Below, one piece after another: positions 34,213 to 46,983 of a stretch of 64,000 nucleotides of DNA. Every line of letters starts with the position of its first letter. Position 1 is the first letter of the stretch. This DNA comes from Marsupella aquatica (lineage: Eukaryota > Plantae > Marchantiophyta), in assembly GCA_973895155.1 (NCBI GenBank), contig OZ316894.1, forward strand, positions 438,089 to 502,088, in the 5' to 3' direction. The notes under the pieces were generated by a model. That model was not told the DNA's origin, ran no database searches, and saw only the letters and a list, made by a program, of their open reading frames with translations. A program made the translations under genes and the position numbers.

Positions 34213-35472
34213 TTCAATGCTCGGGTATTGAGCTACTCTTAGTTGTAAAGCGTGAACTCCAAGCTGGAGGTGGGGTGTAGGCTTCTAGACTGAAGCCTCT
34301 AGACCGTAACTTTGAGGCCCACCAAAATGGAGAGAATGATAAGGCGCTGCCAAAATTCATGTGCATGGCAAAAAGGATGTGCATGGAGAGTTTTGAACAA
34401 TGTATGTGAAAACTATGACATGTAGCATGGTTTCCATCATCATTTCAAAGCTCACAATGACTCTTGGTAAACACAAAACTGAAAGTATGCTGGACCCAAA
34501 AATGGGGCAAACGTACATGAAAGAGAAATAGGGTAGGATTTATTTTTTGGCATTGTTTTGTACGTTTTCATAGATCTAAGGGGGAATGAATCAAAATCTG
34601 GGGTGGGAGTACAAAAGAGGATTGGGTGGAGGGTTTCTGATGCAGCTAAATCAAGCTTCTTGTGTGCAGCAACATAATTTATAATACAAGCAGAATCCTA
34701 ACTTTATTTTTTACAAATTATCGAATAGAGGCATAAAGAACTGTAATTGTTTGGTATATTGCTGGTGGAAAGCAAGATCGAGGGGTACTGAAAAGTCTCC
34801 CATTTTCTCCACAAAAAGGACCTAGTCCTTGCTATAATTCCAAGAATATTCCCAAGTGACCAAAATGTGACATGGAATGGCCCAGATTTGTTTAGTACCC
34901 ATCCTAAGGTCAGATTTGAATATGATTCCAAACATGCATTGAATGTAGGGCCTCGAAAGAAAAGTAGTGGCCCCAAAACCAGCTGGTCCGTGATTAAGGA
35001 TGTTTGTCTCATTAGAGCCGCTGGTTTGAGGACTCTCAAAATTCAAAATACTCACCACTTAATGGGCATCCCGGACAAATATCATTTAATGGGCCACCCG
35101 CACTTTGTGCTAAGTCAAATTAGAAGGACTGACACACAAGGACTCTTTTTGCGGTGCTTTTTTTTTAAATGCACGGTGCTCTGTACTCTAAGCCCCAAGG
35201 GATTCAAGCAAGCCTACTGTCACTGTTTTCAAATCCCATTTTCTATCAAAAGCTTGGAGGAACAAAGCCTTTGTCGATAGTTTTGTTTATCCATGAGAGG
35301 CGACAATGTTGAAGGGAGACATTTGATGAATCTTTTGAGCTGTGCCACCGCCATAGCAACTTCTGGTAACCCATGATCGATGGCAATCCTGTGTGAAGTA
35401 GAAGATGAATTACAAAAATAGAAGAGAGAGGAAAGAAACTATTGAAGGTGCCAGAAATATTACGACAGGACT

Positions 35473-38400
35473 GTGAGGAAGCAGAAGGATGCAACAACTC
35501 AATGCAGTAGCGCAAGCAATGAGCTTGACTCTATGGACATGCTTTTTGATGCAGAGGAGCAACGTCAAGTAATCCTTGCCGAGGCAGAGCAAGAAGGTCA
35601 ACAATTGCTTCTTCTCGTGAAGCAACAATGTGAAGAACTGACGACTGCTGCTACGAATGAGACACGAGAAACAACTCTGCAGACGCGTTTAGAGGTGGCT
35701 CAGCTCTCTGATACCATGCGCTTAAACTTACAAAAGGAATTAGTTGAAGGCAGAGAACGATTGTCTATTTTGAAAGTGAGCATAGGTAGAAGCAAAGCCC
35801 GTCTTCATACATTGAATAGACGAGTACAGTCTTATAGCAAGCTTGGCAAGCCACAGTTTCCGGTGAATCATTTCAATAGCGCTGCAACATTCTGGACACG
35901 AGACGCAACAAGGAAAAGAGCTCGATATAGGGAGGCGCACCCGTATTGCTCATGGACGACAAGAATGTCCAACATATCTAATGATGAAGGTGATCCAGGT
36001 GATCCATGTCCTAATAGGAAGCGAAGGTGTATCAATAGTTTAATCTCTTGTGTAGTTAGGGATTTAATGGTTCAAATGAAGGATTATAATATGGCTGCTA
36101 GAAAGCTTGTCCTGGAGAGATTATGGTTGCATAGTTCGTTGAGAGATTACCAGCCTGCAGCGCTTGGTTGTGCAAAGCTTGATGCATCTGTAGCTTCTGC
36201 TGTGGGTGATCTTATTCAATCCCTACATATAGTGAAATCAGGTAGGCAAAAAGATCATCTAGCTACAAAGCAAGCATTGTTGAACGCATTGGTAGGAGAG
36301 TCAATAGTCGGGAAAAGATACCAAACTTCATTAGCCACAGCATTGGGTATTAAACGGCAAAACATCCATAGAGCAGGGGCTGTGAGAAAACAGCTAGATC
36401 AAGATCCATGTAAGAGATATACTATGGATGAAAGGAGTGACCGGATTTCTGCTGAAGTGCAGCAGATTGTCGAAGGATTTTGGGAAGCCCACACTCAAAT
36501 TTCTCCCTGCAAGAAGGATGTGGCCACATTGCGACTAGCCGTGAACAAGTATGAGAACCATTCCAAGCATTGGCTTGAGGATACAGAGGTACGACTAGTT
36601 ATTTCAATGCCAATTATCTTAAAATTCTAGTATCTAAAGTGCAAGGATGGAGCTGATAAGTAGAATGTTGTCTTGTCAATGGATTTCATAATATGATTTG
36701 GCCTAAGTACAACCTATTGGGTATTTTGTAGGTTGAGTTCTTCATGAAATCCGTGATTGGTGCACATCGGAGGGGAATGGAGTCTCAATAGGTCTCAGAT
36801 CTTTCCAACAACTAAAGCCGTATTACATTTGCACTATGAAAGATCGAATGGTTTGCTGTTGCAAACAACATGTTGAGATAGACCTGCTGAAAGAGGCACT
36901 CAACAAATTTAGGAGGCACCACCACCGAAAGGATTGTACTTGTGAATGTTGTATATGTAGATCTGAAAATGCTCCTATAGAGGGTAGTTCCTGCATAGCT
37001 TCTAAGCCCTCCATTACATCTGTACGAGAATGGATGGAGGGAGCAGTTTGTCCCAAGCTTGAGGGGCAGGAATGGCATCAAAAGAGTTGTATTTTTGGTA
37101 GTTGTGAAATATGTGGAGTTCATAAGTTGGTGTGGTGTGAAACGGAGCTAGACGTCACAGAGAACCTTTCTATTGATTGGGAAACCTTTCAGTATGTTGA
37201 TTAGATGAGACGGCACAGAACAAGAGAGAGAAGAAGAAAGGAACTGCTGAAAGCGCACAGCAAAAGGTGAAGCGCTTGAGGCTGGTGCATAAGAGAACTA
37301 CTCTTCCAGATTTCAAGTTGCAAGTATTGGATACAATGAAGACATTTCTTGTTCATAATTTCAGAGCCCGTTGGCAAGGTAATCAGTCCAAACTGTGCCT
37401 GAAAACTTTTCCAAGGGGAACTATAGTCTCTTCCATAGACTTTTCTGAGAATTATACTTTCAAGGTTCAGAATGAGATTCAAACTCAACATTGGGATAAT
37501 AAGCAGATCACGTTGTTGATTCTTGTGACCTATAGATATCACGAGGATGTCCAGTCTATTGAGGCTGTTGTGGGTAGGTCTGTAGGAATGGCACAGGATG
37601 ACACTGGGAATCGAGACATCATAGCTGATTATCATTTTTATATTAGTGACGACAATACCCACGACACCCTGTTTGTGCAACACTGTATGGATTCACATGC
37701 AGCATGGATGAAGGGTGAAAAAATCACATTCAATCAGCATTGGGTTTGGTCAGATGGAGCAGCTCCACAGTTTAAGGCTTGCAGGCCTTTCTATTACGTC
37801 TCGAGATACTACAAACGACACTGTGCTAGAATGAAGTGGTTCTTCCATGCTTCAGGACATGGGAAAGGTGTTGCTGTGAGTTTCTTAACACTACCTCTAG
37901 TTTCTGACTTAAGCAACCCTAAACACTAGTATAGTGCTCTGCATACTAGTATAGTGCTATGCTCTACTATGTTGTACATTCTGAATTCACTCTTTGATAA
38001 ATATATTGTAATTCGTGTTCTGATTTTAGGATGCTCTTGGTGGTCACATTAAGAGCGGAATTGAGAAGGAGCAGCTGAAAGGGATTCATGGAGCTCGGTT
38101 GGAGAATGCAGCTGATGTAGTTGCATTTTGCAAAGACAAATTTGCTCTTGGCCAAGAGAAGGAATACGGTGATGTTCAATTGGTGAGACGCGTGTTTTGG
38201 GAAATTGACGCACATGATGTGAATCGCAGAAAGAAATGGGATTGTGATCCAATCAAGGGAAGTAGATCCTTACATTGCTTTGATGGTTTTAGTAATCGTC
38301 TGTCAACTCTTCTGCAAGTAAGGGAGCTCTCCTACTTCTGTGCTCATTGTGTAGATGATGAACCAGCAAAATGTGAGAATGTAGAATGGGTAGGACATTT

Positions 38401-38899
38401 CAAACTTGAGATGGTGAGAGGGATACTGCCAACTGATGTGACTGCTGACATAGACAACATTGGAGTAGGGGAAGGAGCATTTGAATGCAAGGATGGCTCG
38501 TTGGCACAACTGGTGCAACTTGGTGATTTTTACGCTGTGGAAGCTGAGCAACCCAATAAGTGGGCTGCTGATTTCTACATCCTTCAATGTGAGGAGGTGC
38601 TGCACACAATTAAAGAGGGATTTACAGACGGGTATGAGGTGGAGTTTGATACAAGCGACTTAGCATTGAAGGGAAGGTGGTTTCAACCAATTCCAAAGTC
38701 AGAAACCAAATTTGTGTTCAATGACACTGCACCCGCAAGCTATACCCATGCAAAGTCTATAGTTCATATTAGATTTGCTCTGAATCCGTGTGAGGTGGGA
38801 AGGGGTCACAAGGGTGGCAGCCGAATGTACAACTTAGACTTAGATACACTAGCAGCAATCACTACTTCCTTGATCTCGCAAGTCTTGGTTAGAACTTAA
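35473..38899 (+). pseudogene. Sola2-like DDD transposase gene with two introns and two 1-bp frameshifts
   Basis: FQQLKPYY...R.VCCCKQH; DFSENY...QNEIQTQHW; SDDNTHD; WSDGAAPQFK; HGKGVA|DALGG. GT-AG introns at 36589-36731 and 37876-38029; frameshifts at ~36750 and ~37201. Confidence 0.72.
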
Positions 38900-40000
38900 A
38901 TTGTGCAGACAGGGATTGGAAGGGAATTTGCTTTGAAGCGTGAGTAACCTGGCGCCTAGCAACAATTCAGGTATGGCGTCCACAAGTTACCTTTATTATA
39001 CTTCTCTTTGCTTTCGTGGTGTATGTATGCTCATACAATGCTATACCTATTGCTTAAAATTGGCTTGTACTTAGAGTCAGGGGGTATGACATGCGTGACA
39101 GTAAACAGGAAACAGGTTTACTGGTACCAGCAAAAATTTACTGTTACCAAAAAAATGACAATGTAAAAATATTTCCTAAAAAATCACATTTTCCATACCC
39201 TTTTGTACAATTACGATGCAAGAAAGTAAAGCCGTGAAAAGCACCGAGTGCTATTTTGAATTGATCTCAGTGCTCATTCAGCAAAATGTGGACTATGTTG
39301 TCTGGTGTTCTCAATGATGGTCCATCTACCAATATTTAATCCAGAATCTGTAACAGCCCTCTCAGCTGAGCAACGCTGAAATTTGATTAAAGGAGCGTCT
39401 TTGTTTTGCATAGTTGACTTGAAAGGCCAGACTACTTTTGATCACCTTCCTTAGCAGCTTAGCCTGTATCCCTACAGAGCATGATCTTGTGGTCAAATTG
39501 ATTGTGAGTGGAGAGAATTGAGAGGCAGGGGGTCACAAATAATGCCTAGCTTCAAGTCGTGCCTTCACTACTAGTGGCTGATAACTTTAGACTTGGGAGG
39601 GGAAAGGTCTGCGGTCAGTGAGGGGTGCTCAGAAAGCCCTTTACTGCCCTCAGTTCATAGATGATGAGGCTGTTACTGTAGCACAGTATGTTGATGATTC
39701 GACTGAGGAGACTGATAGGGAGTCGAGTAGCGATCCTAGTAATTCCTCAGATGATTTGGAATCAGAGGATTCTCAATGACTCATGGTCAATTTCAGATGC
39801 AATCTCATTCCAGAAAATATTTGTCATAACAAAGCTTTATTAAAGATGGATTGTGAAAGGGTTTTTGAACTAGTTTTGTTGACAGTGATGATGTCTTTTC
39901 ATTCAGTTCAGTGTTGTAAAGATCTCGAGTTTTTCAGTTGTGAATATTTCAGGATCTGCATTTCACTTTTTCATAACTGTTTCACAATATATATCGTCAA

Positions 40001-40102
40001 TCTTACTTGGGAATCCACCTTAACTACCCTGAAGGTACCCACAAACTTGCCTCTTACTTGGGAATCCGCCTTAACTACCCTGAAGGTACCCACAAACTTG
40101 CC
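40001..40102 (+). repeat. 51-bp direct tandem duplication
   Basis: TCTTACTTGGGAATCC(A/G)CCTTAACTACCCTGAAGGTACCCACAAACTTGCC x2. Confidence 0.9.
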
Positions 40103-41163
40103 TAGCTAGCCTGCTGTCCTCGCTAGCAAAACTCCTGTTTGCTAGCACAATAGAATACCTCCTGTAGGAGCAGAGAAGTACATTAAAGTATGCTTACATG
40201 TGGAGCATCACTCAATTTGTGCCTCTAGTTGCTACTTCCTATCCTGTTCCATAAAAATAATGGTATGATCGAAGGCAAAGTTCTGGCAAGGCAGAGTGAA
40301 AAAGGGGGCAACGTGGCTCTCGTCTGCCATCTTCGTGCAAATTTTGCATACCAACAATGCTATGCAAATTGTGTATACTAACTGCATTAGACTCAATTTT
40401 GGACAGTCAAGTCCATGTCATATGGTGACAACTGATTCACCCATAGTTTCTCTGGCTTCTCCTATATGGGGACACCTGATCCTATGGTTTCTCTGACTTC
40501 TCCAACTACAATTGGGTTTTGTTATTGCATCTGTCAGTCAATGAAGATTTGGAGAAGAAAAAACATAGGGCAGTCTCCTCCAAGGAGAGACAGTTGATGC
40601 CAATCAACAGCAATCGACTTGACAGAACTCAACAAATATGGAAGATAGAAATGTATCAGTTATACTTGCGTGTCAAGAAGTAAAATTTAATACAAAAATG
40701 TTAAATGTTCTCTTAGGGTGTCATCAGTTGATCGTTGATTGTGTCTTCAAAGTTGGCCACCAACTGTCACTCCAACACACCCCTCTCATGAAATGTGAAC
40801 TATAGTCATCACTATCTTCAGGGTTTTGAGGCCCAAATCTCAGCAAGGAATGCGGTCTTGGCATTGCCTGAGAAACAAGAAGCACCTACTTTTCAGACTA
40901 ACTGAAACAGACACACAACACCAGAAAACAGCAGATCAACACTATCATGCCTGCCACCTAACGTATCCATGTGAAGTGCATTGGAGATTGAAAAGATCAA
41001 CATCCACAAGAAGTGACCGAGTTGTAGTCATCTAGAGTAAGATCAATGGGCAAAACGAAGGGTAAACCACCCAAGATGAGTATGCTGATGAGAATTGAAC
41101 ACTAATTTCAGGGAAAGCAGATCACCTTCCAATGAGTTACTGATACGAGTATCAGAATCCTGT

Positions 41164-43252
41164 CTACAGCTGTGTGCCAAGCATGCGACATCGTTCGCAA
41201 CCTTTCTTGCAGACATCCTCAAGCACCTTCGATGCTGCTGTACGATCCTGCTGCATTTGTTTTGCCAGGGATCTCATCACTTGACGTTCTTCCTTACCGC
41301 CTACAGAAAAGTTATTGAGCCATCCAGCTATAAGTTTCCCGAGTTGGTACACGTCCGATCCTTTGGTGTATCTTTTCCTTTTGTCATTGTCTTCTTCCAA
41401 CGTTTCCGCATCCCAACCAAATAACCATTCATCAACCCATACTTCATTGTCGGGTCCAGCAGCTTCCAAGTCTATGATCACCCATTTCCAGTGACTCTTA
41501 TCATTTACCTTGATGCAGTTGTCCCATCTTAAATCCCTGTGGGTGTAGCCTTTGCCGTGCAAGTCCGCAAGGCCGTGTAACATGTCATGCGTGGCATTTC
41601 CCAAATCCTTGCAATCCCTAGGCTGAGCGAACGGGTCACCCACAGGTTGTAGTTGCAATACTGTTCCACCCCTGGATGATCGGTTGGATACAAGTTGGAT
41701 CAGGTACCTGGAACCAGCGATTGAATCATACAGCAATTTTATCGCGGTAACCCGATCTTTCTTCAATCCTGGGATTTTCTTCGTCACGCAGTCAGGATAG
41801 ATCGTCACTACAACACCAGCTTTTTCTTTTGGCTTATACAACTGCACACGGATTTCATTATCGATGTTTTCCTGTAGTTTCTGTAGGACACAGTGCATCC
41901 GAATGGTGCTATGTAGGAACTTGGCTACACCGGACGGCAAATTCAAGTCAAATTCGTCTGAGATTAAATCATGAACAATTTCCTTGCCTTTCGGAGAGAG
42001 CTTCAACCATTGAAACCGCCTTCCAGCGCAGCCACCACCAATCACATAAGGGAGCTTACCATAGAACAGAGGGCTCCATGCCTTTAATTTGGACCTGTTC
42101 TCATCTACAGCGTCTGCCAGAAGTGTGTCGTTTATCTTATTCTCCCATCGGAGAATGAGACAATCTTTCACAAACAGCTGAAAATCTGGTCTTAATAGCG
42201 GTTCCAGTGGTTGCGATGCTGCACTAGTAGTCGTGCGATTGGGTGAATCCTGTCTAAATTGCAAACTTAGTAATTGTTTGCTTTCTGGAGCTATGTCATT
42301 TAACAATCTGAGGAAGTGTCCAGTGAGAATACATAATTCAGTTGAGCTGGTGGCCTCGTTGTCTGGAAGGGAATGTTTCATCAATCGGAACACAGTTTCA
42401 CAAAAAGTTGCCAACTGACTCGCCCCTTCGGAAGTATCAAGTACCACCAGATTAGGCTGGCCCAAGTTCTCGTTAGTTAGCTCATAGAGTACTGGGAGCT
42501 TTACTGGTGTCAGGGACAAAAACTCCTTCAGTTGATTGACACTTACGGGGAGCTCAGCAGGGGCTTCCAACAGTTTCCCAAAATAGCTACTTCTAGCAGA
42601 AATTCTTTCTTCCGAGGACAGGAATTTTGCTTTCTTTGAAGGTCGAGCTCCCTCTGCATACACATCGGTCTCTAAGTGTTGAAGAGGATGAGAAAAACAG
42701 GAAAGTCATCCAATAATCACTCGAGCAATGAGCCCTACAAATTTGGCACGATTCCGGCAGAAATGCTTTATCGGTTCGGCAAAGCAGGAAGAGACACAGG
42801 ACACCTGTTATTGCAACAGTACTTTCCAAACAAATGCCAGAGCAAGGGCGACAGCTGCTGTCCATGATACCCTTGATCACTTTTCAGCAAAGAAAACCAA
42901 GCAGCAACAGAGGGGTGCTCAAAGGAAAAAACTCAACGAAAAGACAAACCAGAACAAGAACGAGAAGATACTGACGAGAAACACATTGCTGTGAAATTCA
43001 GTTGGAATTACCATCCGTAGAGTTTCGTTTTTGAAGCTGAATTGCCGACTCAACTGCCAGTATCAATCCGCCAGGTGCCTTTGGGAACAGGCGCTGGATT
43101 AAGTCTTCGAGGCGCTTTTCCGACATCACTAGCAACGTAGATACTCCGACGCAGTCAAGCCATAGTTTCGCAGCAACGTCTCTCAGTCGTGCTTCGTCAG
43201 GAATAGTTCTCCGAAGCAGGTTCATAATATTTTCTTCTTCACCACTCGCCAT
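41164..43252 (-). CDS. Crinkler (CRN)-like protein: short helical N-terminal domain, PD-(D/E)xK-like domain, protein-kinase-like domain; two coding exons, ~576 aa
   Basis: Exons 43252-43012 and 42653-41164 join in phase across GTAATT...TGCAG. RPDF...RWENK; LH.KGYTHRDLRWDN; IIDLE; SDVYQLG. Confidence 0.72.
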
Positions 43253-43360
43253 TGGATCTTGCAGGCTGAACAATATAGTGCTTACTTCTTCTTAAGATAT
43301 ATGCTATGAAACCAGGCAGAGACAAGACAGCCACAAACGCGCAAGTTATAACAAAACAAA

Positions 43361-44732
43361 GCACATACAAATGACAAGCAGAAACGAAACCCTCGGGTTG
43401 ACAGAAATCGTAGCAACAGAGGAAGCGACAGAGGAACGAGCACACACAAGGATGAAAACTACGGTACAAGGCCGTGAAACTCACCATCCACCAAACCCTG
43501 GATCACCGAAAACCCAGTCCAAATCCTGCAACCGCACGATGTAAGGCCTTTTGATCCGCAGCGTATCATGACAATCAATTAAACATGCAACGATTCACCA
43601 CCTCAAAATTTCCAAACCCTACTGCTAGCGAATCCGCCTCACTTCACTACTTCAGCCTATGCCGAACAGACCAGTGTACCGAATGCTCGGACTCTTTATG
43701 CAGACGGCCTCCTCTCCTCTCCTCGGTCGGCAGACAAGGAGTTGATCCGTTCCGTTCTAGGCGCAACGGGTTCAGATCTCAGGTTTCTCGACGCAACTGA
43801 GCTTCCCGCCCCGACAGAGAGCTTCTCTCCCGAAAACGATCACCGTGTGTAGCTTTTGTGGGACCCAAAGCCATATCTATTCATCCATCTATTCTTGCAA
43901 CCGTCGTATTTGAAACTACTACTGAATACCTGTGTTCTATCCATCTATCCTATTCCTGCATATATCTTCTTTAACCTACTGCCGAATACCTGGGTTCTGT
44001 CCATCCATATATTCGTGCATCTATTGTATTTGAACCTACTACTGAATACATAGGTTTTTGTCAAGCTTTTGTGTCAAGAAAAACATCTTACTTATTTACT
44101 TATTTCACCTGAAATTAATAGTATTTGAGACCTCCCAATGTTATCCGTTGCCGACCTGTTGTGCCTTGTGTAAAACCCCCGGGTCTATATATTTGAGAAC
44201 CCCTAATGTATATGTTTATGGTCCTTCCTTACTCCTTAATGATGTATTATTGGTGGCACATACAAATGACAAGCAGAAACGAAACCCTCGGGTTGACAGA
44301 AATCGTAGCAACAGAGGAAGCGACAGAGGAAAGAGCACCACAAGGATGAAAACTACGGTACAAGGCCGTGAAACTCACCATCCACCAAACCCTGGATCAC
44401 CGAAAACCCAGTCCAAATCCTGCAAACGCACGATGTAAGGCCATTTGATCCGCAGTGTATCATGACAATCAATTAAACATGCAACGATTCACCACCTCGA
44501 AATTTCCAAACCAGACTGCTAGCGAATCCGCCTCACTTCAGTCTATGCCGAACAGACCAGTATACCGAATGCTCGGACTCTTTATGCCGACGGCCTCCTC
44601 GGTCGGCAGACAAGGAGTTGATCCCGTTCCCGACCAGTTGTGCCTTGTGTAAACCCCCGGGCCTATATTTGAGACCCCCTAATGTATATGTTTATGGTCC
44701 TACCTTACTCCTTAATGAGGTATTGGTATTGG
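43361..44732 (+). repeat. Local duplications upstream of the CRN-like gene: 43361-43754 copied at 44256-44630; 44143-44253 copied at 44621-44732
   Basis: Near-identical blocks starting GCACATACAAATGACAAGCAG and ATCC(C)GTT.CCGACC respectively. Confidence 0.88.
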
Positions 44733-46065
44733 CCCTCCATTCAGGATCTCCCTTCTCGAGGCAGATCTTGCCCTCCATTCGGGATCGCCCTTCACGATGG
44801 AAATCTTGGTCCTTCATTCAGGCTGCTCTACCCGCGGCCAATCTGGGGTGTCCATTCAGGGTGCTCAATCCGCAGCTAATCTCCGCCCTCCATTTAAAAA
44901 TGAACGGCCAGATTGTTAGGATTTAGGACATTCCTGCATCACCATCCAACGGACAGCTGCTATTGGACGGCCCAGATTTTGTTCACCGGGCCGGTGGTTT
45001 CCTGGGCAGGCGTTACTTAATCTAGGAGAGCAGCAGGATGCGGCCACTTCCCATTTCACTTTCTGGAAACGCCGTCAGGTTGGAAGTTTGTCGTCTGTGC
45101 AGGAGCCATTTCCATCTCGGCCGGGATGAGCTTTCTCTCGCATTCTAGTCATTCTCCTTCATGCCTCTCATTCCGTGTTCATCGAGAGCTTGAGTAGATT
45201 CGGGTGTTTTGTCTAGGCTCGAGATGACCGGCTGCGGTGAATGTGGGTGCGGCTGTGAGTTGACGGTTGGAGCACAACTCAGCTTTGAGTGGCCTGGTTT
45301 TTATTTCTCTTTCCATATCAATTGCTTTGGATGTATGCCATCTTTTTGAATGTGTGCCATACTTGTTTTTTTATATGCTTATGTCGGTCATTCTAATGAA
45401 CATTTGCCGCTCTATTTGGAATCTGTTAATGTTGATGCTGAACATGACTGCTGAAGGTTTTTCTCTTTTGTTACTCCCGTTCTGACCTATGTTGCCGCTG
45501 TGTAGCAATAAGATCTAGTGGAGTTAAGGACAAAGTCGCTCAATCATGCCTCCGAAAACATTCCAAGGTGTTTTGACTGTTTTAATTCTTGCATTCGGTT
45601 TTGTTCAGTACTCCCTCAATGAAGATGAGGGGCGTTCGGGCCGCTTCAGATGTAGACTGCTGGGGGTCGCTTGACACTCGTTCATCTCTTCCCTTGTAGG
45701 ACTCATCTTGAATCGTTATAGACCCAAAACGAGGCTTCGGCTAACTGATCAATGCTTTCCCCATGAATGATGAAGCAGAGATCGCCAGAGAGCTTGCGCC
45801 TTTGATGCAAGTGGAGTTTGATAGTTTAAACATCAGTGCGAGAGGAGCTTAATAATGGTTTAATGATTGCCAGCCAGATTCCAGATTCCAGACCAGAATT
45901 TGAACTCCCAGAATTACTAGATAATTTATTTGATTGTGCCTGTGTTTTGTTAGGTATTTACTGTTACATCTAGGTTAGGTACGACGTGGTTTGGTACAAC
46001 AACATGGTTAGGTTAACTAAGTTGCACACTATATCATAAGAGGTGTGTGCTTGGATAAGGAGAAC

Positions 46066-46712
46066 TGTAGTAGTTGATAAAAGACTAAAAACACAATTTT
46101 ATCTCTATCGACTCGGTATTCGTTCCCTTTAAGAACAAGATGGGGTTGATTTGATAAATAAAACACAAATGAGAGTTTAAAGATACTCTCTAACACATAG
46201 TAATCAAAATTGATTACTTTACTCAGGTATTTTGAAGATCGCTCCACAGCGGTGAGTAGTTTTTAATGGTAACTTAGCATTTGGTAACCATCAAATAATA
46301 AAATGAAACAATTAATAAAACAAAAGGAAAATATCTTAACGTATGATAAGGGAGTCTGGAATTTACCAAGGTTACTCCTTATTCATAAGTCTAAATGAAA
46401 AGACTTTAAAGGAATCCAAATCCATAATGCTTTTCGGATCTAAAAGTGCTTACTAGAGTACTCTTTTAAAGTGTCGTCAACACATCTTGACTTTTCTTCC
46501 TAAGTGATACTTATTCAAGATCTAAAAGGGTAATTACTTCAGCATTTAGATGGTACTAAGCAACATGAAAGTGAAGACATCAATTCCATTTTGACTAAAC
46601 TCAATGAGTTAACTCTAAAAAAGAATTTGAGAGATTATAATGTGTCACCAACAGGGAGTCTGACATCACAACTCTCGAGATTTGCACTTTGAAGTTTTAC
46701 TTCCATGATTTA
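46066..46712 (-). mobile_element. 3' terminal fragment of a family B LTR
   Basis: The reverse complement aligns with ~8430-9068 (e.g. ACTACTCACCGCTGTGGAGCGATCTTCAAA) and ends in ACTACA. Confidence 0.8.
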
Positions 46713-46783
46713 TGTGATACCTAGCCAGGAATCACTTCAGGGTTAGGGTTTAGGGTGTCATCCCCAGTTTTCCTTGGAATGGA
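46713..46783 (+). mobile_element. 70-bp stub of a family-A-like LTR 5' end
   Basis: TGTGATACCTAGCCAGGAATCACT matches 32121-32144 at 23 of 24 positions; cut off by the LINE tail. Confidence 0.6.
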
Positions 46784-46983
46784 TTTTTTATAAATTTTAA
46801 TACCGTGAAACCCCACGGATAGGGGGGGGACAACAAAGGCCAATGCAGCCAGAACCTAACAACACAGCAGGGGCAACAGTCCGGGGCCAACACACCCCAG
46901 CAGCCCCACACCCCCAACAGGGCCCCTGGGAGCCCAAGAAAACTAATGAGCAACTAACAATGACACTACCACGCCAAAAGACA

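Noticed and set aside
45546-45815. Possible small spliced gene fragment (MPPKTFQ followed by GT...AG)
   Set aside because: No sustained reading frame or recognisable domain.
45962-46065. Possible start of another LTR (TGTTACATC...) hosting the family B fragment
   Set aside because: Only ~100 bp, with no partner LTR, PBS or TSD to support it.
46737-46756. TTAGGG/TTTAGGG motifs as telomeric repeat (also ~15517, 29186, 34053)
   Set aside because: Only 1-3 units each; telo-box-like motifs, not an array.
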